In this document: positions 26,201 to 41,200 of the stretch, piece after piece | Numbering within the stretch: the first letter of the stretch is position 1 | Layout of the letters: every line of letters starts with the position of its first letter | Assembly: GCA_965649765.1 (NCBI GenBank) | Contig: OZ287751.1 | Location: 63,612,001-63,676,000 of the forward strand | Reading direction: 5' to 3' | Length of the DNA stretch: 64,000 nucleotides | From: Bispira polyomma | Lineage: Eukaryota | Notes under the pieces: model-generated | Told to the model about the DNA's origin: nothing | Database searches by the model: none | What the model saw: only the letters and a program-made list of their open reading frames with translations | Translations under genes and position numbers: made by a program

Positions 26201-29200
26201 AATAGGTACATTTTGAGCTTGTTTCTAAAACTGGTTAGTAAGGGGAAAGTGGGAATATCATGAAGCAGATCATTCCACAGCATAGGAGACTTATCAGAGT
26301 TCTACTTCAAGGGGTTTGACTGTCTTATCTGACACACACGTATACTTACAGTAGTTTGAGCTGGGAGAGCTTCTTAAACACTTTAGCCGGTAGAGTTCCT
26401 ATCTGATTTTTGCCAAGTCTTAGCATCTCCAGATTGGGCAGGTTGTCCAAGGTCCCTTTGGCCAGCTTAGTGATGCGGTTGTTGTTCAGGTATCTGTATA
26501 AAACAGTTAACAAACAATTGTCAAGTGACCATGTTTTCTTTGAGACATTATATGGTAACAACTCCCCCTTTATCCTAACTTTTAGTGTCTCGACATTTCA
26601 GTTTTTTATGCGTTTTACTTTCAATTCTTCTCATTTATTTGGTCCCTACTGTTTCTGCTGAAAATCCTCTTCCATTATCCAAACATTACACAGTAGAACC
26701 TTTATTATCTGAACTTCTATTATCCGAATATTGGATTAATAAACTTCGCTTTACTCTAATAAATCTATGTTTTCCTATTGTTTGTTCCGAACTACCTCTT
26801 CTATTTTTATGAACCTTCTACTATCCAAACAAAATCTTGCTCCCCTAACATGTCTGGATAATAGAGGTTCTACTGTCTATACTAATCTTTCCAAGGTGTG
26901 CAGATAATATAGTCTTTTAATTGCAATAATTCAGAAGGGATAAATAAATTGGGTACCCAAACCCACATCAATAGCTCATTTTACAACTTTCATATTTTTT
27001 CTTTCTCTGAATTGGGCTGTGGGTAAACACATCAGTTGAAAGCTATACATGTACAATATCCTAATACATGTTTCATCACAGAAAGTATGATGATGCTCTT
27101 GTCAGAAATATGTTTTTTCAGCATTACATCTCCAAGGACATGGCCACCATATGATACTCCAATAAAGGGATTTCTATGTTGTTATGAACAAATGCAGCCT
27201 CTGGTTTCAATTATGCAAACCAACAAACTTACCACTTTAAAGACAGGTCATTCAGAAAAAGAGAACGCATTTATAATTTTACATGTTGTATTTTAACACG
27301 AAAGTGAAAAAACAATTACATCTGGTATATTGACATTGGATCATTTTTATGGTCTTTGCTATAATGCAAACGATTAATAACAGAATATTGAGAGGTACAG
27401 ATTCATTTCACAAGGCATGTGGCTTTTTTTGCCATTTTGTAATTTCTTGAATATAAACAATCGCACATACATATTGGGGATTCTGGTTTAAGAATAAGTT
27501 AAACTTCACCAATAAATAGGTCAAACTAAGGAAACAAACCACTTTAGGGTTAAGATACATGCAAGACAATCTGTAACAGTTTAGATTAAAGCGATAAATA
27601 TTCAGACATCGCCCTGAATACTAATATGCTTACTATGACCACTACTTATTAATAAATGGCAAAAATATGATCACCATCAGCAACAAGTAGGGAGTATTTT
27701 TTTCGATTCACCATTTTTTTCTGAAGGTTTAAAAATATTGAAACAAGCTTACTGAGGGACCAATAAATTGTGTTTACTTGAAATGTACTATAACACAACA
27801 AAAGCCACAAGAGAAGTTGTTTAATGGTGTAAGAGGTTGAACTAGATAATATGGACTAACAAGGATAAGCTAGAATTTGAGGAAAACCATCACATTTTGG
27901 GTCATTATGTGTGTATGTATTTAGTCTGATGTCACCTCAATTGAGGTCTCATCCCGACTTTACAGTTTACACCCCAAGCCTGGGTTTTTCCACTTGTCAA
28001 CCAGTTCTTCACCCTCAGCTTCCTCAGGAAGCATACTAGCCGTGCTGCCGCATATAGTGCACAAAGTCTAACACCCGATTAAAACATTTTAACCACTTTT
28101 TTTTTATATCTAATTACTTAATTTTAACCACTTTTTTTTTATATCTAATTACATCTGAGTTTTGAACATACATAGACAGGCCAGTGTACAATATTCAAAT
28201 GTGTATGTATATTCTGTAACAAGCTGAAATCATAGAAGAAGAAATGGCCATGAACACGGACTACTACAGTTCTGCAGAAGAGGTTCTAGTTAAATATTTG
28301 TACAGCTGCCATGCTCCTTCACAAGAAGGTGTGGTGTGGGTTTTCACATTATATACATGCCCCTGAGAAAAATGAACAATTTGTACCAATTCTTGCCACT
28401 AATTACCTGAATCCTAAAACTAGTAGCTTAAACAAGAAAATATGGAACCTACTAGCTGTATATTTGGTTTTCTTTTGTACTGCTATTCTCAAGTATAGAA
28501 AGTCCAAATCGGTAGAATTTAAAATTATTATTCGGGCAGAATAACACTTTCTACCAGTAGAGTTTAATATTCTGCCAAATTGGACTTTCTACCATGACTT
28601 ATACAATACACTAAAAAAGTTCACATTTTAACTACAAATCTATCTCTTCCTGATACATACGTATTAAACAACGTTCTGAATTTATACTTCCTCGTCGCAA
28701 TTGTTCATGCAATTTGGCCTAAAATGTTTACTGGCTACTAGTAGTAGTGTTTATATTATAGATTAAACACATATTTCCCCAAAGTTACAATGGCTGTAAA
28801 CCTGTAAAAGAATACCACTTATTGTGTCCCCCTATAGAAAAAGGTAAATCAATTTTTGTGCCTATAAATTGACAGAAAACTTGCATGATTTTTAGACAAC
28901 AGGCCACTGCATTCAAACAGGGAAGATTGTGTTTTCCTTACGAACTCAATAGAAACAATAGCGTCATTTTAGTAAAGGTAAACGATATGAATGAAGTACT
29001 CGGGTTGAGGGAAGTGTGTACTGAGCTAGCTAGAGAGAGAGCGAGAGAGTGTGCAATAGGTACCGCTTGTACTTCATCTCCTTCCCCCCCCCCCCCCCCC
29101 CCCCCCCACCAAGGAAAGTTAACTCAAAAACAAAAAAAGTAAGGGGAGAATTGTTATGTTAGCATTGAAGCAATTGTGCTTCAAAATCCCATTTCGAGGC

Positions 29201-32200
29201 TTCTAGGAGGGAACTGTATAAATATGACAAAAATCCCATAATGCCACTGCATATTATTTTCTTTCAGCTAAAACGCCCAAAAAAAGTAAAAATAAACCCC
29301 CTATCCACCAACAGGCGAAATCAATAAATATGAGAGGGAAGTAGCAATAAAAGATCAATCAACCCTAGAACTATGCCCCCTCCCCCCGCCCCACCCCCAC
29401 TAAAAATATTAAAAAAATTTTCAAAAAATTTTAAGAAAAAACATAAACGTCAGAGAGCTAGGGGTGGTGATGGGGTGAGTGATTTAGATGGAGCGAGGTA
29501 GATATCGGGGGGACTCAAATTCCCCCCCCCCCCCCCCACCAACGTCCCGAAACCAAAACAGGAATCCTTGCACAGAACAGAACATAAAAACAGGCATAAA
29601 AAAAGTTAACAGGCCCAGCCTTTTTGCCTAATGAAATGATCCACAGACTATAGCCATGTTCATGAATACTAACTAGCTAGTGCACCAGCACACTTGGGAC
29701 CCAGAATGGCTAGATATGTACATATATATCTATAGATACATATAGAATGGGAGGGATCCTAATTGCTTCCCAAAATAATTGAGTAACATATAGCTTTTGT
29801 ATATGTTCCTAGTTCTCTAGTGCAGAAAATTCAACCCTTCGTGTACATTTTCATGTCGGCAATTGGCGACAACGATCAGTCGACATCCAATGGGCAATCG
29901 GCAATTTTTATGTGTCCATAGAATTATTTAACCAAAATGGATACCTATATTTAAACTCAAATATTTTAGCCATTTCTCAAACCAATTTTAATGCAAAAAA
30001 AAAAGCACAATAAACCCAATAAAATAAGCTTTCTCACCATATTTTAATGAAATTTTTATCTTCTTTAATTCTTGAGTTATTAATAAAGAATTGGCAATAT
30101 TTACACGGCGACAGACGATGCTGGGCATTTTTTTTCAATCAGTTGATAACAGAAGTTCGGATAATAGAGGGTATGCTGTATTACTGCTGGTTCTAACTTA
30201 TAACGCTCCTAATGTAAATTCCTGGTTTGCAATAAAAATAAACCCAATATATTTATTTTTCTAATACACAAGGTTAAAAACTTCATCCTCATGGTATTAT
30301 TTTTTACTAAGACAGTGTGGAATTTAACACAGGAGGACAAAACCTCCAGTATTTCATAATTATACTTGGGCCATCAATGTGGTCCCTAGATAGCCATATA
30401 GAGAATTTAGAGCCCAGTTTTAAAACACTAGTTGCCACAGTGACAGTAGGCTAGTTCCTTGGTCCCTATATATAACACATCTGGGTAAACACCAAAGCCC
30501 CTCCATGCAATCTTCTCTGTTCATCTAACAAGTGACACTCGTAATGAAAACTAATTTTCTCTATGGAACGCAAAAGGCTTTTACACACTTTGCCTATTTC
30601 TATTTCTTTTTTAACCACTTTCTTTATTTCAATGATTTATCTTTCCCTGTAGTTTCTTTTTTTATTGTCATTAGAATTGAGAATATCTCAATTTTTTTGC
30701 AAATCCAAGCCCATACTTTTTTTCTTACCAGTTTATAGTAAGATTTACACAGAAAAATAAAGAGGTAAGAACACATTTTGAAAGAAACATTGTGTTGCTA
30801 TTGAATGTTTCAAGAAACTACTGTACTTTTTTTTATAGAGAAGTACTTCCTTATCTCAGTGAACTGAATCTATGATTTTTCTGTTAAAACAATGGGAGAC
30901 CAAAGGGTTTGAAATACAGAAAATCTTTTTTAAATTACACATTTCTTAAACAACTTTCAAGACCTCAAGCCTTTTAACTTACAGCTGATGTAGGTTCGGT
31001 AAGAATGGGAACGTGCCATTGGTGAGTTCCGTCAGTTTATTAAAGCCCACATCAAGTTGACGTAGTAATGGTGTCCGTCTCAGCAACGTTTTGGAAAGGG
31101 ACCGTAGTTTGTTGTGGCTTCTGTAAAGATAGAGAAAGAGAACATGATGAGTGACATATAACGATATGATCTGAGAACATACAGTTGAACCCCTTTAAGT
31201 CAAACCAAAAGGTGCCAACACAACAAAAACTACTTCTACTTAAGCAAGATTTCCACATAAGAGGGTAGATTTCAAAGGAAAATGCATTTGTAGGAATGCT
31301 TTTTTTAATTTTGGGGGAGTTGGGGAGGGGGGGTTATTGATTTACCAGAGTTCTACTTTATAGGGTTTCACTGTTAAGTTAAACCTTGTATGTATTTATA
31401 TACATCCTAAAACTTCAAAGAAACAAGCGTTATTAATTTATTTTGTTGTTTTGTAACTAATTTAACTAAGCTAAGAAAAAAGGCGCTAAGGTCAATTCAT
31501 ACACAGGTGTCATTTTAATAATAAAAATTTGTGTCTATTCAAAATGTAATTATTCTACAAAAACACAAATTACTTATAAAGGTTCTTTGATAATGTATTT
31601 CTCCAATATCATTCCTTTTCTCTTTGTCATCATTTCTACATAAGTTCAATTATAGTTTCATAAAGCAAGCCCATTTCTTTTTTCCTCTACAAAAAATTGA
31701 ACACCAAATTAAATATTATAATAACATTTCTCGTATTTAACTATCGTCAAACGCTTTGACAACTGAAGTATGAAAAATCATTCAATTTAATATGAATGTA
31801 AATGTATAAATTTTCATAATGAATCTCAATCAATTCAGTAACACCTGATACAAAACTTTTATTTATAGGTCTACTACGATATTATTAAGCTATAAAAGTA
31901 ATAACCTAATCGGAGTAGAATAAAGGGAGGTAGGTTGGGCGCTTTGAAAAAACCCCAAAGCCTCTCCCAAAATGAGAGATTTAATGCTGTGAATATTGGT
32001 CCAAAAAGTCACAATATTTATATCTATGTAACAAGTTCTGGCCTTATTCATAAGTCAGGACACATGGCTTTTAAGATAATAAGTTTTTCAGAGTTGAGCA
32101 AACCCCAAAAAAACTATGCCTCAATCTGAATCTTCCTTAATGTGGTGTTCACACTATGGCGGTATAGAGTGGTGGTAAAAGAAGTTGAAAATCGCCTTGA

Positions 32201-35200
32201 GGCTATACCTATAACTTCCCTTAACTTCAGCTTCCTTTCCAAACCTTCTACAATCGGCCGTGCGAGGCGGAAGTTTTAGGCATGGTTTTTCAGGCGGTAT
32301 ATTTTACCCAGATGGAACAGCCAATTTAATAGGCGGAAAGACCAGTTACAATATCTTCTGGTAGCGCCTACCATATTCAGCAATATGTGAACGGAGCATA
32401 ACATTGAGACCTTTGCAAAGGCAGAGACAGTGAGGGAATGAGTCGTCCCTTGGGGTGTCTTTTGAACAGAGAGGAGCTTTTTGTATACTGTATACTACCT
32501 ATAATAGTATACAAAAGCTTAGGGAAGCAAAGTGTGAAGCGTTTCTCTTATAAAAGCCCACAGTTGTCAAGAGAAATAAGGCATAGAAAGATTTTAATTG
32601 GAATTTCTTCAATTTGCAGTGCCTGCTATCATCTATTCATACATTGATATGTATCACTGATAGGTGAAAGAAACCACACTTTCTGAAGGAAATCTTTTTT
32701 TTTTATTATTTTTTTCTGGCCTATAAACCAAAGTTTTCTCACAAGTCACAAACAGGTTTTTTTTATAGATACAGAAGACTAATGCATCAATATTGAAGGA
32801 AGGAAAAAAAATCTACTTTTGGCAAATGCTTTCGTTTGGCAAATTGACTGTTAATTTATGTGATGTGATTCAATAGCCTAAAAAGTTGAACAGTAAAAGG
32901 TCACCTTTAAGAACTTGGATCAGCTATAATACTCTTATAATTAAATGGGGTCATATAAAATTCCCCATTGAATAGATTAAAGAATTTAAATACTTTTAAG
33001 CTGTTTTCCACAGCTATTGAATAATTTCAGTAAATAAAACTATATTGTAATGTAGTTTTTTCTCCCAAGGAGTGTTTCAGCTTCTTTACTTTAATGGTTC
33101 AAAAACTACCAAACCAAGTCAAAACATCATTTTCCTAATCTAATAAACATACACATTTGTTTACCCACATGTGCATGTTTGCACAAAAATCTTCTAAAGG
33201 CCAAATGTACTCCATGCACTTTTAGAGCCAAGAAAAAAACAAAAAAACATCCACTATACACTTTGTGAAAAGGAGACTAAAGTCAAACTTATACCTTACC
33301 TACAGAACTTGTAAAAGAAAGCTCAATTATTTACAAAAATACACCCAAAAAACTATATAATAACTTTGCTAATGTGGAAAGAATATACATAGACTAATGG
33401 GTACAATAGATACTTTAACAGTAAGGAACATGGGAAAACAAGGTCAACTTTTCAACTGTGACCTTAAATTTTGAACACAAAAGGCCCAGTGCGAACACTG
33501 AGCTTGTGATTCTGTTGTGTACTTCACTCAGTAAGTGGTCACAGCTGAGCAAAGTATACCCACAAATGTCACCACCACCACAGGTGAACAATAACCCAGC
33601 ACACACTAACAAACACAGCCAACACACAACACCGAGTGGGCAGATTATCTCACCAAGTATTGATATACTGGATTACTGCCAGGCTATTATATATATACAG
33701 GGATGTGTGTAGTACTTGTCTTCTACAGTATTCATCCTAATGGCTGCCAGCAGGTTGGTGTATCCTGAAGGCTTAAACTGCTAGCTATATGGCTCCTTCT
33801 ACTGATCAAATGTGTACATTGTAAACTGTTTATATAACTGTTTAGTTTTGTATACCTTAGAAATGAAGCAACCCCAAGTTTTAGACAACACACAGTCTCC
33901 CAGTTGAACCTAGATCACTTAAAACACTTTCTGGTATAATTTTGTTGTTGCGCTTTAGAAGATACCTCCTATCAATAAGGCGCATTAAAAATACGAAACA
34001 TCATATTTAAATACTAAAAGGTAAGGCTACTAGGCTTTGTAGATAGGTTAGTGTCTTGCATATAGGATTGTGTTTCTAATTTTTTATGGATCTTACAAGG
34101 ACCCTTTTATGTTCCTCAAGTTTTGCCAAACAATTTTTGGGTTTTAGCAGACCAAGTTCCTCTTTTAAGGGAGATATTGCACCTGCAAAGATTTAAATTG
34201 AATTCTATCAACCTAAATACAAAATTACTGAGTATCGATGTGTTTGAAAGATTCTAAGCATATAAAACACTAACTGTAACGACCATCTATTGTAAAAAAT
34301 GCAATCTGCTAACACATCAGTCCATATATCAAAAGAGATTTTAATAGAACGCAAGGCCTACACGTTACAGTAGACTGTGAACATTATATTTAGATCACTC
34401 ATTAAGTACAGCTAAAATGACTTTCCAAATAAATAAATAAATATTTGTAAAACTTTTAAACATTTAATCATGGTGGATATTTTTTTCCAAATATGGCATC
34501 AATTGCTGGAGAGGGTGGTAATTAAATATTATACTGTCCAATACATGGCATTAAATCTTACTTATAAGGGGCATACACCACTGCTCAAAGATCCAAAAAT
34601 ATTTACTCGTCCTGTCTCACTGGACCTGGTGCTCCTGACTATTACTTGTGGTTAATATTAAGGGCTGGCCATGTTCGTGTCATTAAGAGTAAGGTCTTTC
34701 TAATATTTACTCTTCAGTCTGTCACAAACTAGGGCTTCACTTAAAACGTTTATATATAAAGTAAGGAATCTAAAATTCGCCACTGCATCTGAAATTCTCC
34801 ATCAGTAAAATTTAAGTTAAATCACTTAAAACTGGCGAAAAATAACTGGAATTCAGGTAACTAAGGCACAATAGTCACAAAAATCTCAATTTCAGCAAAT
34901 ATTACCCACAATTCTACCCAAAACACAATATTTTGTAGGCGATGAATTTCAAATACAGTGGCGAATTTTAGATTCCTTACTCTACATATAGCACTTTATA
35001 ATCATCACCAACAAAAGACAGACATGACAACACCCCCCACCCCTCCTCATCCCCTGTTATAAAGGTGGATTTGTTATACTTAAGTTCAATGTTAGTAAAG
35101 TAATATTTAAGGAGGACCTCCTATACATCACTGGGCATGTTCTCGCAGTATGGCTACAATTCTTACACAGAGTCAAATCCCTTTAGGTGGAACTCTGTTA

Positions 35201-38200
35201 AGGTTTATTTTCCTTTCATAAGGAATAAATGTAAATGACAGAAAATCAACCTTTAAAATGTACCGTCAAGTATAAATCCCTTGCAGTTCGACTTTAAAGG
35301 GGTACAACATACTACAATTGTACAATAAGCAGACTGTCACTACTTGAAAGTGGCAATGCTTTATCAAACCAAAGTTGCCCCAATATTTGAGATCTCACAA
35401 AAACCTAAACTTATATCATCAAGGCTAACGTTTTGAAATTTCTTTTTCAATGCCCCAGTCCAATTTACAGATTCACGTACACATATCTATTGACGTACAC
35501 ATATCTATCTATTGACATAGATGTTCTTCCCTTAGTTCTTGGGCCGTATTCACAAACATTCTTAGAATACAATTTCTTAGAATTTTCTTGGTCTCGGCCA
35601 ATCCAATTCTTTGAAACAATTTTTTTAGCCAATCAAATTGGTTGAGGCAACCATTTTAAGACCAAGAATCTTTGCAAACACCAGCCCTGATTGGCTTGTA
35701 CAGGGGTTTTGCTGTCTTTGCATATTTATATATCATGCATATACATTATTCTATACAGAGAGAAGAATCTGGCTGGGGGAGAGAGAAAGAAAGAGAGGGA
35801 GACAGCTAGGCGAGAATGTACAAGAATTAACTGGGCTTTGAAGTTTTGCCTTGAAGCTTTCTCTCTTTATACAAGTATACATGTGTACATGTAGATATTC
35901 TATGTTCTCCTCCCTGATGTTTCAGTTCTCTTGTATGAAGTAGACAGCACACAAGAACCAGAAGTAAACAGGCCAAGGGAAGAAAACTTGCTGTGTTTTG
36001 ACACAGGTTTTCAGATGTGGTGTGAAGCAATTATGTAGTCATGTTAGAGATTTACACTGTCGTAAATCAACCCCTAGAGGTGCCGCGGGTGTGAAAGATA
36101 CTACCTACCAAAGAAATTTTGTAAAGATGTGGGGGGAAATGGGGGTGGCACATAAAAACATCAGACTACATCTTTCGTCAGTGGGATTTTTTTTTCATTC
36201 AATAGTTGAAGGAGGGAAGGGGGGAAGGGGGGGGGGGACTTTTACAAAATGAACAGTGACAATACATAAAGATACCTGTGAACATTGTGAACAAGATGTG
36301 TTCGTTTCATAAGAGACAAATTGATCAAATAATTTGGCGGAAATGTAGTATGTTACAGAAACGGTTCCATAGATGTTTTTGTCTAGCTTTTCACAATATA
36401 CTTGGGAATCAGAGTACCTGTATATTTTTATACACCTACTTGTACAGAAAAGATTGGGGAAATTCGCAACTTAGTTGGAAATCTTAGAATTTTTTAACTA
36501 TCCTTAAATCTCAACTGTACCATCTTACAGATTTGAGATATCATTACAGTTTTAAGATTGTGGTGTATATTTCAAGTTCTTTACTGTACCCCCTACAAAT
36601 CAAATACTTGGCACATATTTTCAGTCAGTGCCAAAAAAAAATAATATTACTTTGGATGCTATTTATACACACAATTATAAAAAACTACAAGAACAGGGCC
36701 TGTATTCTCCAAAGAAACTCAAACTCAGACCCAAATCAAATGAAAGCTATGTGGAAGTCATTGTACATGGAAATAAAACTACACTTGTGACAGACTCAAC
36801 TCAACTGCTGATGGTTATGTGGAAGTCATTGTACATGGAAGTAAACCTATACCTGTGACCATTCATTTTAATAGAGCTTTCAGCACTGAATTCATATATG
36901 CTGTTAGATTTTACTTAATGTCACCCTAGCCAGAGATGTGGGGGCTTCAGAATTGAGCTTGAGATTTTTGTCGAAAATACCTGGTCCCCTGGTGTATAGA
37001 ACTCATTGGCGTTTGTTTGTACACTGGAAATACTTACAGCAGTAAATGGGTCAAACTGTAATTCACTGGAAAAGTGGGCAGTTCATCCAATTCATTGTAC
37101 ATCAGCTTTCTACAAAATCAGAGTTATTACATTCAAATTTTAACACCCACTAGTAGGCCATTACCATAGAAACACAATTCCTATAGTGTATAGTATTTCA
37201 TACATGTGACAATGTATGATGGGAGTTACCTATATATAATGAGGAAATATATAGGGGGTCTTTATAAAATGTATACATCTTAACAATACTCGCCACTTCT
37301 GGTGCACATTTTCAAACCGCAGTCAAACATATACACACAACTGTTAAAGCAGCGCTCCATCCCAATATATATAAGTGGACCCTCTTGATATTCAGTTTCC
37401 AACTCAAAGGGATCTTGAAATGTTGAAAGCTAAATGTCCCATGAATGCAACAAAATACCTTTCCGATGACGGGAATTGTTGACTTTACAAAAACACAAAA
37501 AGGTGTTACTTTTTATATGTCCCGATTATCAGCGTTCATTCACCATAAATGAATATACTATTATAAACTGTTTAGTGAGACACTAATGTACACATAGAGT
37601 GTGGGGGTTGTTTTTTTGAACGTGTTCAATTCTCTTTACTTCATTTGTAAACATCATTGGGATTATCACCACCACCCGCAGAGCAATGAATACAGTTTTT
37701 TCCTATAAATCACTCTAACTCAATTCTGTATTTGTAATATTATACCTTGTGTATGAATAAATAAATTAATAATAATAATAATAATGTACCGAGTTAACTT
37801 TGACTTTGATTTGACTGACTCATTAATTTCTGACGTTTCCAAACAATGCTGATTTATTAACACATATTCCCATCGAATTTTTACACTATATAAGTTTACA
37901 ATAACTGAGGTAGTTGAGATACTATTTTATAATGTCACCAAGTACAAAATCAAACTTTATTCTGTGTGAAAGTACTGGTTAATTTATTTATTTATTCAAA
38001 TGTACACTAGGTACACAATAACATGTTTATACAATGTGGAAAACAGAGAAACTTATAACCAAATAATACAAATTAAGCAATATAATATAGAAAATGATCA
38101 ATAAAAATATGCCTCCAAAGGTGAGTAACAAACTATTTTTGTGGAGGGTTTTTCTTGATGAAAAATATTGTACCGTAATTTATACATTAACATACAGTAA

Positions 38201-41200
38201 ATAAATAAACAATAAAAGTATCAAATAAATACTCACAAAGTTTTTAGCTGTCGAAAGTGTGTGAATAACTCTGAATTAAGTAGTCTAATTTTATTTCCAC
38301 TCAAATTCCTGAAACACAAACAATTTATTTTGAAAAGATCCAAATTCAATAAGACAAAATGTAGTGTTACCGTGCCAATATATAAATGACAAACAATATG
38401 GAAATGTTCTTTCGTTGTGTTGTTTATTACATAATGACATATATAAGAGAATATGCTAAATCTATGAGCTAGTGTCACAAAATAATTGGAGAAATGTTTA
38501 AAAAAAAGTCAGTTTTTACTGTATCTCAGGAGCTCATAAGAAATGAAACCACCTTAACTGGTATTAAATTAGTGGGTAAATCATTTGTGTGCCACGACAT
38601 TGATATCAAAGGCAAAATTAACTCAATATTGGCCGATATCGAGACATAGTAAGAAACTGGAAATCTGCCTAAATGAAACAGGAAGTGTGAATTGCTAAAT
38701 TGTTTACAAGTAACAACAGGCTTAAACTATCCAGTGTATTAAACTGGATTAAAAATACCATTAAATTTTTTGTGGAGGTGTTGTCCCAGGGGAAAATATG
38801 TATCATTTACGACATTGATATGTTTGTGTTACTACACATTGACACCCAAGAGCCCAAACAATAAATATTGTTAATATAGAGTTGTAGACAAACAATTTAC
38901 CCAAAATCTTATCCTCTTAAGACAAACCAATTCTAAAATTAACAAGTACAATATATTTTCTACAATTAAACAAATTTTAGACTACACAAAATCAGATCTA
39001 AAAGTGTTTAACTTTTACTAAAGCAGTTCTCCCAATTTTACCTTCTCAAATAAATTACAATTTTAAAAGAGTGAAACTCTCTCAGGTTTATATACCATCA
39101 AGAAATGGTACATAGAAAGAAAACAATTGACGCAAGATTTGGTAAAGGGGGGAAACAAGCCATGAACTGTGAGAAGAAAAACTAAAGAACATCATAGAAA
39201 ACACAGTGAGGCTGTTCTAATGACTTGGGGGCAAGGCAGCTGAGTAAAGCTTCTAAGTAGTAAAGCCCTGCATATAAAGTGTATGTACACAGTGGGTCTA
39301 CTAGAAACCCATGCAGTAGTTTTTATTATTATTACCATGGAAACATTTGCCTTTGAGCTGAACTAATATTTTCATAAACCATTTGTAATTGTGAGAAGTT
39401 CACAGTTTAACTTCCCCAGTGTACATTATGTACAGCTTAAATAGAATTGCAGATTTGTAGCACAAGGTCAACTTTACTCAGATACAACTGAAATGGGATT
39501 TTAAAAAGAATCAATCTTAGTATTTCATCTATTTCAAGTTATCTATTACAGAAACCTCTGGATTGTTTTTTAAGATTCTTTAACAAGATGTACTTTTTCT
39601 GGAAAAAAAAACCCCGTTTAGTTCTGAAGTTACTACATATATGAAAACTACCTGTACAATATCTCACTGAAAGTGGGATTAATTATGTAATGATGGCTTC
39701 CATTGGAATGGAAAAGAAATTATCAACATTTATAAATACGTTTACGTAGCTCTGCGGAAAAAAATTACTGTCGATAATGACCTATTTACAGAAAATTACC
39801 TAAACATCTGTATATATATACTCTAGTGGGTAAATTGTTTATTGATATTGGCAATATTTATTGTTTGGGCTTTTGCATGCCAATATCGATGTATAATACA
39901 AACACATCGATATCAAAAATGACACATATTACACCTTGGGACAATGTTTATTCAAACATTTTAATAATATTTCATGGTTAAAACCTTTTAAATAATGAAT
40001 TTTAACCATTTTATATCCATTTTTACTTGTAAACATATTTAGCGGTTCTCACTTCCGGTTTCATTCTGGCAGGTGTTTTTTTTTCTGGAATACATTCCAG
40101 TTCCTTCACATTTTTTTCCTACCTCCTGATATCAGCCAATATTGAATTAATTTTATTTTCGATATCAATCTCCAGCAGCCCAAACGATTTACCCACTAAT
40201 ATACTCCTCAACTAACCTAAGATACACAACAGTTAATACTTAATATCACAGTTATAAGCTGGAGCATTCTGATTGTTTACATTTCCTTTTGAATAAACAC
40301 CATAACTTCCACAAGTGTATTTGCTTAAGCAAAAAGACTTGTACATTCAAATTTTCATTGAATAATCAAATTATGAACGACCCTCAGATTCACATTAAGC
40401 ATGCATTTACAAAATGCATTGATGTCTATCTGTATGCACGAACAAATTTTTGTAGAGGTTAGTATATTTTGCTCAACACACTCAATAAACTTTTACATGA
40501 ACATTTGATGACCCAATCATATTATCAATATTTATTATCAATTATGCACTGATTAGTTTTCATTAATGGAAAACTTTGTCTTGTGATAATTCCTATACTG
40601 GTCGTGCACTGAATTTCACAAGTTTTGATATGTTTGACAATATACATTATACTTTTCTGCAATGGACTTCATACAGCAAGAGTTTCTGTACATCATAACA
40701 GGGGCATAGACTCGTTGGAAACTGAAGGTGGCCAGCAGGGCCAGTATCTTTTACACTTTAGTGGCCCGTATAAATATTTAGTGGCCCTTAAAATTTTCTA
40801 ATTCTGATACGCCATTACGGTACCCCTGATAAAAAAATCAGGACTATTTAGAGTAAAGAATCTAAAATTGGCCACTGTATCTGAAATTGGCCACCTCTAA
40901 AAGTTAAGCTAAATCAATAAAAACTGGTGAAATATAACTGGAATGTGCAGGGGCAAAAATTCGCAGTCGCCAACTCGCCAGTGGCGACTTTATTCCGATA
41001 AGGATGAGTAAAACGTTTTTCGGGGTCGCCCGGCTGGCAATTTAGATTTAGAGGCGAAAAGACGAAAGCTGTTCTCGAAGAAGCTTGCTTACTTCCGGTT
41101 TTCGCAATCGCTAAACGAAACCACTACACAAATAAAAAACGCATTTTAATTGATTCAATGCATGAGCGATATACAGGATTCCAAGTCCACGTGTTCTGCA

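Noticed and set aside
35161-35240. Additional LRIG exon (gtaag donor-like site near 35166)
   Set aside because: There is an in-frame stop, no LRR pattern and no acceptor; the sequence matches a MITE end also seen at ~26291-26323.
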